A stretch of DNA of 64,000 bases from Felis catus (Eukaryota), in NCBI RefSeq assembly GCF_018350175.1, contig NC_058385.1, forward strand, positions 81,096,001 to 81,160,000. Direction: 5' to 3'. The translations under genes were made by a program, and so were the position numbers. Below are positions 35,181 through 45,650 of this stretch, piece after piece; position 1 is the first letter of the stretch; every line of letters starts with the position of its first letter. Below the pieces are notes generated by a model, which was not told where the DNA came from, searched no databases, and saw only the letters and a program-made list of their open reading frames with translations.

Positions 35181-35699
35181 TGGGGGAAGTGGGGGGTGAG
35201 CTGTGCCTGGGGGAGGGGAACGGGAGATCACAGAAGTGGGGCGGAGGAAGGGCCATCCCGTTGCCAGCACAGGAAAGGTCTTCCCAAGGACCCACCCCGT
35301 CCTCGCGTGCCCAGACACGTGGCCCCAGGTCTGGGGAAGTCTCTTCTGGGAGCCTGGGAGGCTGGACCTCGCTCAGGGGCCTCAGGCCCAGCTGAACGCG
35401 TTTGCGTGGACGAGACTCAGGCAGGGCCCAAGTCGGTGCCCAGCTTGGAGGAAATCCTAGCAACGCTCGTCTGCCGAGTTGCTGAACCGAATCCAAGGAA
35501 ACAAGCAGGGATCACCATGGGAGACACAGGCTTCCAGGGCTGGGGGTGCGGGGCGGGATCTCCTTCCGCCTGGCAATCCCGGCGGGCTGAAGAGACGCCG
35601 GCGTCTGGAGAAGCCCTCCTCCATCTTCTCATGCTCCGAGTGGAGCTCCCGGGGCTCTTGCCACTGTGGCAAGCCCGTCCCCATCCCCAGGGCTCAGCT

Positions 35700-36215
35700 C
35701 CCTGGCCCCACACTCAGGCCGGCAAGCGGCTGTCCTTCCTGGCACCTTCTCCCCGGCTCTCCCCATCCGCTCCGGCCACCGCCGAGTCCTGCCAATTCTA
35801 TGCTATGAATCTCTCCCTTGTGCCCATATCTCTGCCTCCTAGCTGCTGCCACCCCAGGCCCGGCCACCATCGTCCCTCGCTGGGGGCTCGGCGCTGCCCT
35901 CCCCGTCGGCCCCTGCTTCCATATCCTCCGCCCCTCCGGTCCCTTGGCTGCGCCATCGGCAGGGTCATCTTTTGAAAACACAAAGCAGATTGAGTCACTC
36001 CCTCATGAGACGGCAAGGCCCACGATGTGCCTCTGAGCTGGCATGATGCGGCCACTGCCCACCTCCTACCCCGTCTGTGCTGTGCTTGCTCTGGCCACAC
36101 TGCATGCGGCTGGGACACTCTCTACTCCTCGCTTTATTTGCTTCTGTGCCCCGGAGGTGTGACCGTTCCTGGCATGGATGTGCCAGGTGCTCATAAATGC
36201 TTGCTGCCTGATGAA
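35700..36215 (+). mobile_element. L2 3' region
   Basis: agtcctgccaattcta, ggccaccatc, tcttttgaaaacacaaagcagattgagtcactccc, and terminal cctggca..aggtgctcataaatgcttgctg. Confidence 0.7.
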
Positions 36216-38229
36216 CGTGCAGGCATTTGGGTGGGGTCTTCGGCCGGGAGTTGCTGACCAGGTGAAAGCATGTTCCAAGTCGAGGAAGCACCAAGGACAG
36301 AGGCTGGAGGACGAAAGTGCCGATGTGCAAGGAGGGCCACGGGGCAGGAGAGAGGGTACGGTGCTGGGCCCCGAGCCCCGAGGGTCCAGGTTGGGCGTCG
36401 GAGCCCAGAAGCAGGCCCTGGGCATGGCTTGCACAGTTTAAACCCAGAGCGGGCTGACCAGCTTGGCCTCCAAGCACTGGACGGCCTGGGTCCAAGCCCT
36501 GCCCCGTCTCTCCAAGCAGTGGGACTGCGGGCAGTCCCTTGGTGTCTCAATGCTCCGGCCCTCGTTGGTAAATGGTCATGACACCCCCTGGCTGGAGCAG
36601 AGCCTGACACAGAGTGAGCGCTCCTGGTCCGTCTCAGAGAACCCCAGGGAGGAGGAGGGCTGGGGGCACAGAGACCAGGGGGAAGTGAGAGCTCCACACA
36701 GTGACTAGGGGGACGGAAGGGAGGGGAGGAGGCTCCAGACGTCTCCCAGCTCAGGCCCTGGCTCTGCCCCCAGGGTCACGATTCACCCAGTGGCCGCCTC
36801 CGCCCCCCAACCCCAGGCCCATCGTTCCTGCCCACACCCTTTCCGCCCAGCAGGGCCCAGGCATTTTCAGGCAGCCACCTCTGCTTTGCACGGGCTCTAG
36901 ACCCTGCAGAGCCTGCATTTCAAGGGTGAGGACCCCACCCCCATGGGGAGCCTGCTGTGTGTTCCCCGCCTCCCCAACAAGGCTGTGCCTCTCTAGCGGT
37001 GTGGGGATCTCCCCCCCACACACACACACTCTGTCTCCCCCGGGGAGCCCCCAGGCTGAGACAGAGCCACCTATCAAACCCACCCAGGACAGGGAGGAGT
37101 TCCAGAAGTGACTGATCGTGTGGAAGGACCCGGTGAATTTCCAAAGGTCCTCAAAAGAGGCTACAGAGATGAGTCTCATTTCCGGGCATCACAATCAAGA
37201 GTTGGGAAGCCCCAGTCTGTCCACCTGCAGCAAGGGAAGAACGAGGCTGCTGGGCGTGTCGTGCACCTCGTCTTCTGACCCCTGCCCGGTGTGGGACCAG
37301 AGCTGAGCTCCCCGAAGGCCCTTCCGAGCTCTGCCTTCCCTCTCCTCTTCGGTCTTTTATTCACCTAGGAGCACAGGCCAGCTAGCTCCCCCTTCCTGGT
37401 CCAAATCAGCCAGCCCAGGCTCCGGCTTCGGGGCCCTAGAGCGCGACCTTGAAGCAGCCTGCTCCTCCCCAGCCTCCAGGCCACCTGGCTGCCACGCTGA
37501 GCTGAGACCAGTCAAGCTGGAATTCTCTCCCTCTCCTCCGCAACCCCCCCTTCCTTCCTCTTCCCCTCTCCCTCTGCTTCCTCCTCCAGCTGAGCGCCCG
37601 GCTCTGTGTGTTTCCAGGGAATGACTCACACATTTGCCTCCCACCTGCACTGCCAGCTTCCCAAACCTTCATTCAAAAGGGTCCCAGTGTGAGCACATTT
37701 CCACGTTCAGAGGTGTCTGGGGAAGTGAGCATGCCCCCTGCAGGCAGGGGTGCTCTCCCCGCAGCCTGCGGTCTGGTAGCCTGGCAGCCGGGCTTGCTTT
37801 GCGGATTTCTGACTCCCCCCAGGCCAGTGGAGAGAATCCAATCCCACCTTCTGATTCTAAAGAACCGTTTGACTCCGGGCTGGCTCCTCTGCCTTTCTGG
37901 GCTCCCTGCCCCCACGCACAAGAGGCACCCGAGGCTGAGCTAGGAGATCTCTGGCCCTTTGGCATCACACCCAGAGTATCCTGCTTTTTGCTGCACCCTC
38001 TTTCGAACTAGATGCCTCCCTTTTCGCTCCAAGAAAGGCCTAGGGCAGACAGAACCAGGAGGGGGCGGAGCTCTACTGGACAGGGGGTGGGGGGTGTGCA
38101 GGAGAGTCAGGTGGACCACGCAGGTGCGGACCTAGTCAGGGGCTCTGGTCAATGTGGGACATCACGTTCCTGCGCCCACCTGCTCCTGGTTTTCTTCCCC
38201 CCACCCCCTCCCCCCTTCTTGGCCCACGT

Positions 38230-38400
38230 GATCCAAGGGAGATTCACAGCCCCTCCTGGGACATGTGATCCCCGCCCTAGCCAATTACGGTAGCACATTC
38301 CCATGGCCGCAGCGATTGGTTGAGGGATGGGCATGTGACCCGGTGAGAGCCAATGAGAGGCCAGGAGCTTAGGGAGCTCGGTTGGGCCTGGAGGAACTCG
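38230..38400 (+). mobile_element. ERVL LTR relic (LTR16-like)
   Basis: agccaattacggta..cattccc..gattggttgagggatgggcatgtgaccc..gccaatgaga is the LTR16-family CCAAT-rich core. Confidence 0.7.
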
Positions 38401-39029
38401 AAATGCTGCCCCTGTGCGGAGCGGGGGCCGAGTGTCCTCCGATCGCCCGGGAACCGGTTGTGGCCGTTAGTTCAGCGCCTCTTGCGGGGCAGCTGCCGTG
38501 GCTCGGCACGTGTGGTGTCACTTCTCCAGTGCAGGGAAGGTGCTGTTACCGTGTCGTGCAGGATGAGAAGGCATCCGGGAGGTGGTGTCATTTGCCCCCG
38601 AGGCTGTCCACGGGCCAGGAAGCTGATCTCGGGTTCTCGAGCCCCATTGCTTGGGGCTGGCACCACCCCCCAGATGGGGCCGGGTTTCCGGAGCTTGGGG
38701 GGGCTTCGTCCCCTCTGCGGGCCGCCCCCTGCTGCCGAGATGAGCCGAGTCCTGTCCTCGGGCCACCCTTCCAAGCGCCACCAGAACGCCTGTCTGTGCC
38801 TCGTGGCGCTTCTGTGGCAGCGCTTGCCCTTGGTGACTCCCCCGTCTCCCACTGCTTCCGGCTTCGCGGGTCTGGGATGCGCGGCCTCACCACCTGCTGT
38901 GCCGATTCCACCTCCCCGAGGTGAAGGCCGGTCACCCTCCAGCCCGCGCGGCCCCATCCCTGCCCGTGGGCTCCCTGCCCGTCTGCCCCGCAGCTTATGG
39001 GTTCCTTTACGCATTGGGGCCCCTCCTGC

Positions 39030-39135
39030 AGACTGGAAGCTTCTCAGGGGCACGGGTCGGATCTGTCCTGTTCACCTTCAGCATCCCAGCAGCTCCCACA
39101 CGGCAGGTGCTCAGTGAATACGTGTTGAAGGAACG
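39030..39135 (+). mobile_element. L2 3' end
   Basis: agactggaagcttctcaggggcacggg..tctgtcctgttcacc..catcccagca..caggtgctcagtgaatacgtgttgaa. Confidence 0.8.
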
Positions 39136-40149
39136 CGTGACACCAATGAGGTGGGCCCAGGCTGCGAGATCTCCAGCCTCTTGGCGGTCCTGGCAGGGCT
39201 GTCCTCCGCTCCACTTCTCACAGCTGCAGCAGGCCTGGGGGGCTCCCCGGAGGAGGCTGCTTCTCTGCACCCAGGGCTCACACAGCTTCCTGAGGCCGGG
39301 TCCCGGGACCCGTGGCGCTCCTTCCTCCCTCACAAGGGTTCTGCTGTGCCTTCCGGCACCCACCCTTGTGAGGAATGCTGAGCCCTGTCCGCAATCCACG
39401 ACCGCATGCCTGAGCCCGCTGGCTGGCAGAAAAGGCTTGTCACTGTCGGTCCTTCCTTCCCTGTCCCCACTCTGCTCACAGTCTGTGGGGGACAGGCAGC
39501 CGGTCAGGTAAGTAAGGCAGGGCAAGGGCTGGAGCATAGGTTGGCTCATGGCCTGACTTCAGAGGGCTGGGGAGGGGCAGCGGACAGTGACCACCTGGGT
39601 CAGCGAGGCCGTGGGAGGAAGGGGACCTTTGCATCGGCACTGGTCACGTGGCCAAAGACGTTGATGTGTTGAAAAGCTGTGTGGGCTTCCCTGGGGGCAG
39701 GGGTGGGAGGAGCAGATGTGGCTCAGACCCCGGGGACGGATGGAGGGAGGGAGGAGAGGACTCCTGTGGCTGCAGGTGCATGGGCGTTCGAGGAGGGGCT
39801 TTGAGGTGGGGGGTGGGGCAGAAAAGAGGATGCATTCAGGGTCCGAGAGAGGCTTTGGCTTCCCTGCAGAGCGCATGTTCCCGTGTTGTCGGGGCATCTC
39901 TGGTGTTTGCCCTGCATGGTGGTGCCCTGGGCACTCGGCCAGCGTCGCCTCTGCACCCTCGCTGGTCACACAGAGGCGACCCTTCTCTCTTCCCATCCTG
40001 CACGGACGCAGCAGGGTGGGCGGGGCATTGGGAATGGAGGGGGGGGGTGTGAGGGCCTGTGGTCGCTATGGATAGAGCTTTCCAGAGACAGGCGCCCTTC
40101 CGCTGAGCTAGGACGTCTCCTTAGCGGCAGCAGCGAGGATGGGGGCCCG

Positions 40150-40300
40150 AAGATGTGGCTTTAGATCTTGCTCTGCAGCGAAGCTGCTGACCTTGGCCAC
40201 GTCGTGGCGCCTCCCTGGGCCTCAGCCTCCTCATCTGTCAGCTCGGGAGGCCGGGCTGTGGCCTCCCAAGGCCTTGCAGCAGGGACAAGGTGCACAGGGC
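40150..40300 (+). mobile_element. MIR fragment
   Basis: tgaccttggcca..cctccctgggcctcagcctcctcatctgt. Confidence 0.65.
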
Positions 40301-40714
40301 TAAGGCGTGTCCGCCCCAGGGCAGTGAGTGGACTCCCAGGGGCCCAGAGCCCTCACCCCACTGGCGCGATCCCCCTCCACTGAGGAGGGCTGGTGATGGG
40401 AAGGGTGGGAACAGCCACCCCCTCCTGGATGGGCTCTGCTCCTGCTTACTCGCGCTTCATGAAAAAGGCTTTGCTGATCCCCTTACGGCGTGGGCTTGTC
40501 AGGCGAGGTGGGAGGAGGCGGGGCTGAGCTGCCCTCCTTGGGGAAGCGGGACACGGCCATTTACATATTTATGAAATCTTTTCCGTTTCGCCCGGGGCCC
40601 CGCGTGCACTAAGAGATGTCACAACTCATTTTAAGCTGGGAATCTGTGCTCCAGGAGTGACAGCTCAGGCCGCCACCAGGGCCTGGCGGATATCTGGAGG
40701 TGACGCAGAGCCTT

Positions 40715-40850
40715 GGCCTGGGTTCCTTTCCCAGGCCCGCGGTGACCGGCTGTGCAGCCACGGCCAGGGTACTTGACCTCTCTGGGCTTCGTTTCCCCGA
40801 GTGTAAAAGGAGAACAGACGACGTCTACGGCAGCAGCTTCTGGCACGGCC
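40715..40850 (+). mobile_element. MIR fragment
   Basis: cctgggttc..tccc..tacttgacctctctgggcttcgtttccccgagtgtaaaa. Confidence 0.65.
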
Positions 40851-40994
40851 CTGAAGGTCCCCCAGCCCTGGTGTTCATGTTCTCGTGTCCTCCCTGGTCC
40901 TCTGCTCTGGAGTGTGGACCGGCCCCGTGACTCATTTCTAACAGGAAACAGAGGGCCAGCACTTCTGGTGTTAGGCACCAAGACGAGGACTTCA

Positions 40995-41300
40995 TCTGTT
41001 CACGCCTTGTCTTGCTCTCTTGATCACTCTCTGTGATAAAGTCACCCGCTGTGTGTCAGCTGCCCCATGGGGGAGCCCACGTCCAAGTTCATGAGCAATT
41101 GCACCCTGCCAATGCCATGCGAGAGTCTGAGGCCCCATGGCTGTGGCCGCAGTGCACGCCTGGGTTGCAGCCCACGAGAGACCCAGAGCCAACCACCGGC
41201 CGAGGCACACCTATTCCTGATCACAGAAACTGCAAGAGAATCAGGTGTCGAAATTTCGTGTCATTTTGTGCTAAGTTACACAGCGGTTGGTAACTGATCC
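40995..41300 (+). mobile_element. MaLR LTR 3' part (MLT1E/F-like)
   Basis: ttgcagcccacgagagacccagagcca..attcctgatcacagaaactg..gttacacagc..taactgat. Confidence 0.65.
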
Positions 41301-41751
41301 GCTGCCCCGGCCCTTGACGGAGAGGCTGCGTGTGAGTCCACCACGAGCAGCATGCGCACGTCGGAGGTGCTCGGGGAGATGCGGGATCGGTCTGTGAGCT
41401 GTGCGAGGTGTCTCAGAGGCCTGGGGCCCGGCACCAGCAGGAGCTTGCTCAGTCACAGCGATGACAGGCCAAGGGCCGGGCACAGATCGCCTCGGCACAG
41501 GCCTGGCAGCACCCTGGCTTCCTGGTCCGGTCCCGCTGCCAAGCTGGCCCCCCCTGCCCCGGACCAAAGCCCTTGTCGCAGCTGATGACAGCTGCCCTGT
41601 GTGTGTCTCGTCTGCCCACCTGCCAGGGTCTGTCACTTTTCACTTTTGAAACAGGAGGGGAGCGAACAGCCCCTAAGCTTTTTTGAGTTTGCACGTGCCC
41701 AGTGTCACTCTGCTGTACCCTGGCATTTGGTACGGAGTCTGGAACGCAGCA

Positions 41752-42178
41752 GCGGTGGGGGACATATTGGGTCTGGGACACAGTGGCTATGGGGACGTGT
41801 TTGGCCTGGGACACAGTGGCTGTGGGGGACAGGTTCAGCCTGGGACACGGTGGCGGTGGGAGACATATTGAGTCTGGGACACAGAAGCTATGGGGGATGT
41901 ATTGGGTCTGGGACACAGCAGCTATGGGGGACGTGTTTGACCGGGGACACAGTGGCAGTGGGGACGTATTGGGTCTGGGACACAGTGGCTGTGGGGGACG
42001 TGTTCGGCCTGGGACACAGTAGTGGTGGGGATGTATTGGGTCTGGGACACAGCAGCTATGGGGGACATATTGGGTCTGGGACACAGTGTCTATGGGGGAC
42101 GTGTTTGGCCTGGGACACAGCGGCGGTGGGGGACGTGTTTGGCCTGGGACACGGCGGGGGTGGGGGACGTGTTTGGGG
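41752..42178. repeat. 33-34-bp G-rich minisatellite, about 12.5 copies, with two interspersed unit variants
   Basis: Units GGGGACATATTGGGTCTGGGACACAG... (type A) and GGGGACGTGTTTGGCCTGGGACACAG... (type B). Confidence 0.97.
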
Positions 42179-42644
42179 TAATAACACCCGAGCAACTGCT
42201 CTAGAATTAGTCAAATGATTAGTCAAAGTCAGATGCTTTGCTCTGAAGGTGGGCAAAAGTTTGCCCAAGATATTCCCTCTTCCCTGTTGGTGCTTGACCG
42301 TGACCTCCCTTACCATGTCTGCTGGGGTGAAGACAAAAGGGGTAATTGACTTGGCTGCCACGCCCGACCCTCTGGCCGTCAGGCCTCGGTGGACCCTGGC
42401 TTCTTGTGGGGGGGGGGGGCCCGGTGGAGAAGAGGCTTAGCCACCGGGGTGCGGGCCCAGGGAGGCTGGCGAGACTGTCTTCCCTCCGGCCTGCCTGGCA
42501 GGACTGAGACCGCAGACGGGTGTGGACGACTTGGACCCACGGCAGGGCGCGTGCTGGGCCTGGAGGAGGCTGAGGCGGGCCGTCTGCCGCGGCGAGGTCC
42601 CTGGGACTTTCTGAGTTTCCGAGATGGGGGGAACGTCCTCTCTC

Positions 42645-42815
42645 GGTGCCGTCCGACCCGGCAGCCGCTGGCCACACGTGCCCGCTGGTCTCTTGAACTG
42701 TGGCTCGTGTGGCGGAGGAACCAATTTTAGTTTTGTTCATTTCTCCCTACTTTAAATTTAACTTTGAGTAGCCACGTGGGGCCAGTGCTTCCGTGTGGAA
42801 CATGGCGGGTCTAGA
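42645..42815. mobile_element. MER3 hAT-Charlie DNA transposon
   Basis: gtccgacccggcagccgctggccacacgtg, cttgaactgtggct, gaggaac, AT-rich centre tttaaattta, and tagccacgtggggccagtg. Confidence 0.8.
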
Positions 42816-44254
42816 ACTAAGACAGTAAAGTGGGGGCCACTCGGTCTTTATGTCTGGAATCGGATCTTTCCAAGAACGCTAAAAATAACCCGTACAAAAG
42901 AAGGAATGTTGAGAGAGATCTCGCTGGGCTGTGAGGGGTGGGGAGGAGCCGAGGGCCTCCAATCCATCAGAGAGATTTCGCCATCTGTCCAGGAGACTGC
43001 TTGAGGGGAAAGAAAATTCTTGACTCATTCCTATTTTTAACAGTGTTTATCTTCAGATCCAGGAGACGCCAGGGGATAAGTCTGGGATGAACGCGCCCTG
43101 TGCCCTGTCGTTCTCATTTATGGTGACCGGGCTCTGGCCCGGACCCAACAGACCAGGCGTGTTCTACGTGGTCATGGCCACGACCAGCTCCTTTGTCACC
43201 ACGGCCCGTGGTTGTAGGCCACCGTGACCCCAGCCAGAATATCATCCCCCGCCCGTTAACACCATCAGGGCTCCCACCACCACCTCCAGCCTTAAATACT
43301 GCAGCAATGCCATGGCCAACTCCCTTTATCAACCCGGACCGGCCCTGGGGCCACACAGAGAAAACCCCAGTACCCGCCTTGGGAACCCTGCAGAGCGAGG
43401 CATGTCCCTGGTCCTGGTTCCCACAGTCCAACCAAGCACCCGGGGAGCGGTGGCGCGTCTAGGCTGGGCTGGCCGGAGGAGTGGATGGCAGGCAAGGAGA
43501 CAGCCGGGAGGCCTGCCCTCGGTGGCACCACAAACGCTGTCCCTCGCCCCCTGCCACGGGCCCACTCTCCCGTCTGGCCTCGGCAGGGCCCCAGGGAGAC
43601 CCGTAGGGATTGGATCCGAATCCCCCTTGCATTGGAGGCGGGGGCAGTGCCCTCAGAGAGCCAGAGGATCATCCACATCCACTGCCCGGCTATTTCTCAT
43701 CACGCAAAGTGCAAGCTGTCCCGGCGTGACCTTCTAGTGCCCCGGTCCCCTGAGACTGCCCCCGCCCACAGCTGCTCTCGGGTACCCCCCACCCCGACTC
43801 CACCTCTCCCAGCTCAGGCAGTATTCCAGATTCTTGTTACTAACAAAGTTCTAATCTAGGCAATGCTCTTCCTGGGGGTGGGGTCGGGCCATGCAGGGTG
43901 GGGTGTTTATGACCCCAGTGTCTGAGAGATGCATGCTGATGCGCACCTCTGGGCTTTGACACGCAGATGTCAGCAGGGGGGCAGGCTTTTCCCCTGGGCA
44001 GTCCAGGACTTGTGGGTCAATCTAGTGCCAAGATGAAAGTCGGGGGGAGTGGAGACCCCCGGTGCCCTTGGGACCTCACAGGGGCTCTTTTGGGGTGAAG
44101 AATAGAGTGTTTGTGCCCTGTGCTGCGCGTCCCCCACCCCTCTCTTGGTCAGCACCTGCTGGGTCCCAGGCAACAGGCAGGGCTGACGGTAACATGTGTC
44201 TATGTGCCGGCCAGCAGACGGATGAATGGCTGAATACCAGGCCTTGAGTTCCGG

Positions 44255-44470
44255 AGCCCCACAGAACCAATCTGGAACCCCAACTCTTGCTTTTCCCTGC
44301 TGTGTAATTCTGGGCAGCTTGCTTAACCTCTCTGAGGCTCGGTCTCCGTACGTGTAGATGTGGGTAATTACGGGTGTCCTGATAGGAGTCTCGGGCTGAG
44401 CACGCAGCGCTTAAGCCAGCACCTGGGACCTCGGTAGTCATAGCAAGGGAGCAGTGGTCGTCATTTATAT
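44255..44470 (+). mobile_element. MIR
   Basis: gctgtgtaattctgggcagcttgcttaacctctctgaggctcggtctcc..tgtagatgtgggtaat..agcgctta..cctgggac. Confidence 0.75.
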
Positions 44471-44477
44471 TATTATT

Positions 44478-44585
44478 AGGTGCTTTACACATTCAATACC
44501 TCATGTAATTTTCAAAATAGCCCCGTGGGGGGTTCTAACAATCCCCGCTTTACGATGAGAAAGGCTTGCAGAGGTTAGACTGAAG
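44478..44585 (-). mobile_element. MIR fragment, inverted relative to its neighbour
   Basis: gtgctttacaca..ctcatgtaattttcaaaatagccccgtg..atccccgctttacgatgagaaa. Confidence 0.65.
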
Positions 44586-45554
44586 GAGGGCTCAGGGCCA
44601 CTCAGCTCCCGTGCACAGTGCTGGGCACATGTGAGAACATGATAGGGTGTCATGATAGAATGCACTCAAGGGCAAGCCCAGGGCCCGGGCGCTCTGCCTT
44701 GAGCCCCAGGGGATGCCTGGGGCGGCCTAGCGGCTCCACAAGCTGTGTCGGTGAACCTGAACAGCGTCACGTCAACGGCTGCAGCCTGACTCCACCCCTG
44801 CCTGCCTCTGTGGACGAGATGCTCATATACTCATGCCCCACCTGTGACGTGGGGCATAGAAGTGGCTTTGTGGGTGGGGGCGAGGCACCCATCTCAGGAG
44901 ACTGTGGTAAGGGGCCAGCGTGGTGCTCAGCGAGGACGAGGGTCACGTGAGAGGAGCCTGCACGTGGTAGCGGTGAGATGACTTCGCAGAAGCTGGCCGG
45001 CACCCGGCTGGTCCGACTCGGGCAGGCCAGGCCAACAGCTAGCAGGCAGCAGGGGTGCTGGGGGGCCTGGAGCCGACGGACAGGTTCCCTCTAGGGCAAG
45101 TACATGTGATGCCAGTTGTGGGGGACAGGCTCCTGTGTGCAGGCTGGGGACAGGAAGAAGACCAGCACAGAGCCCAGTGCCCAGGTTCCCTGCTCGGCAG
45201 TGCTCAGGGCCGAGCACTCCCTGCAGGCGGCTGGGTGTCCTCCCCGCCCCAACATCCCAGGGTCACGAGTGAATGACTTCAGGGCCACCCGTTGAGTAGT
45301 ACGTGACAGACAGGAGCTCCAGGATCTAAGGAGGTGTCTCTGCGGGCTTAAGGGGGTCAGGGGGCTGCTGGGGTCAGCAGGGGTCCTCTTTCTGTCTGCC
45401 AAGCCTCTTCCGAGGTGCTCCCTCCAGACCGCCATCCCCTACAGGCAGCCCTCCGGATTTTACCCCGCGTGGGCGCTGGGCTGGGCCCTGGCTCTAAGAA
45501 CTGCTCCTGCCGCCCCCCGGCCCCCAACACACACCAGGAGACAGGTGCTTTCAA

Positions 45555-45650
45555 CGGCCCTCATCCACAAATGGGCAAACTGAGGCACAGAGAGGCCGAA
45601 TGGCTGGGCTGGGTCCTGTAGCTGGTGTGAGGCCCAGACCTGTTTCTCTA
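45555..45650 (-). mobile_element. MIR fragment
   Basis: acaaatgggcaaactgaggcacagagagg. Confidence 0.65.

Noticed and set aside
41752-42178. Repeat array considered as CRISPR-like
   Set aside because: Head-to-tail units without unique spacers, in mammalian DNA with no cas genes.
41449-42218. Cys/Pro-rich repeat ORFs resembling SPRR or keratin-associated proteins
   Set aside because: Translation of the 33-34-bp minisatellite; the peptide motifs rotate between frames.
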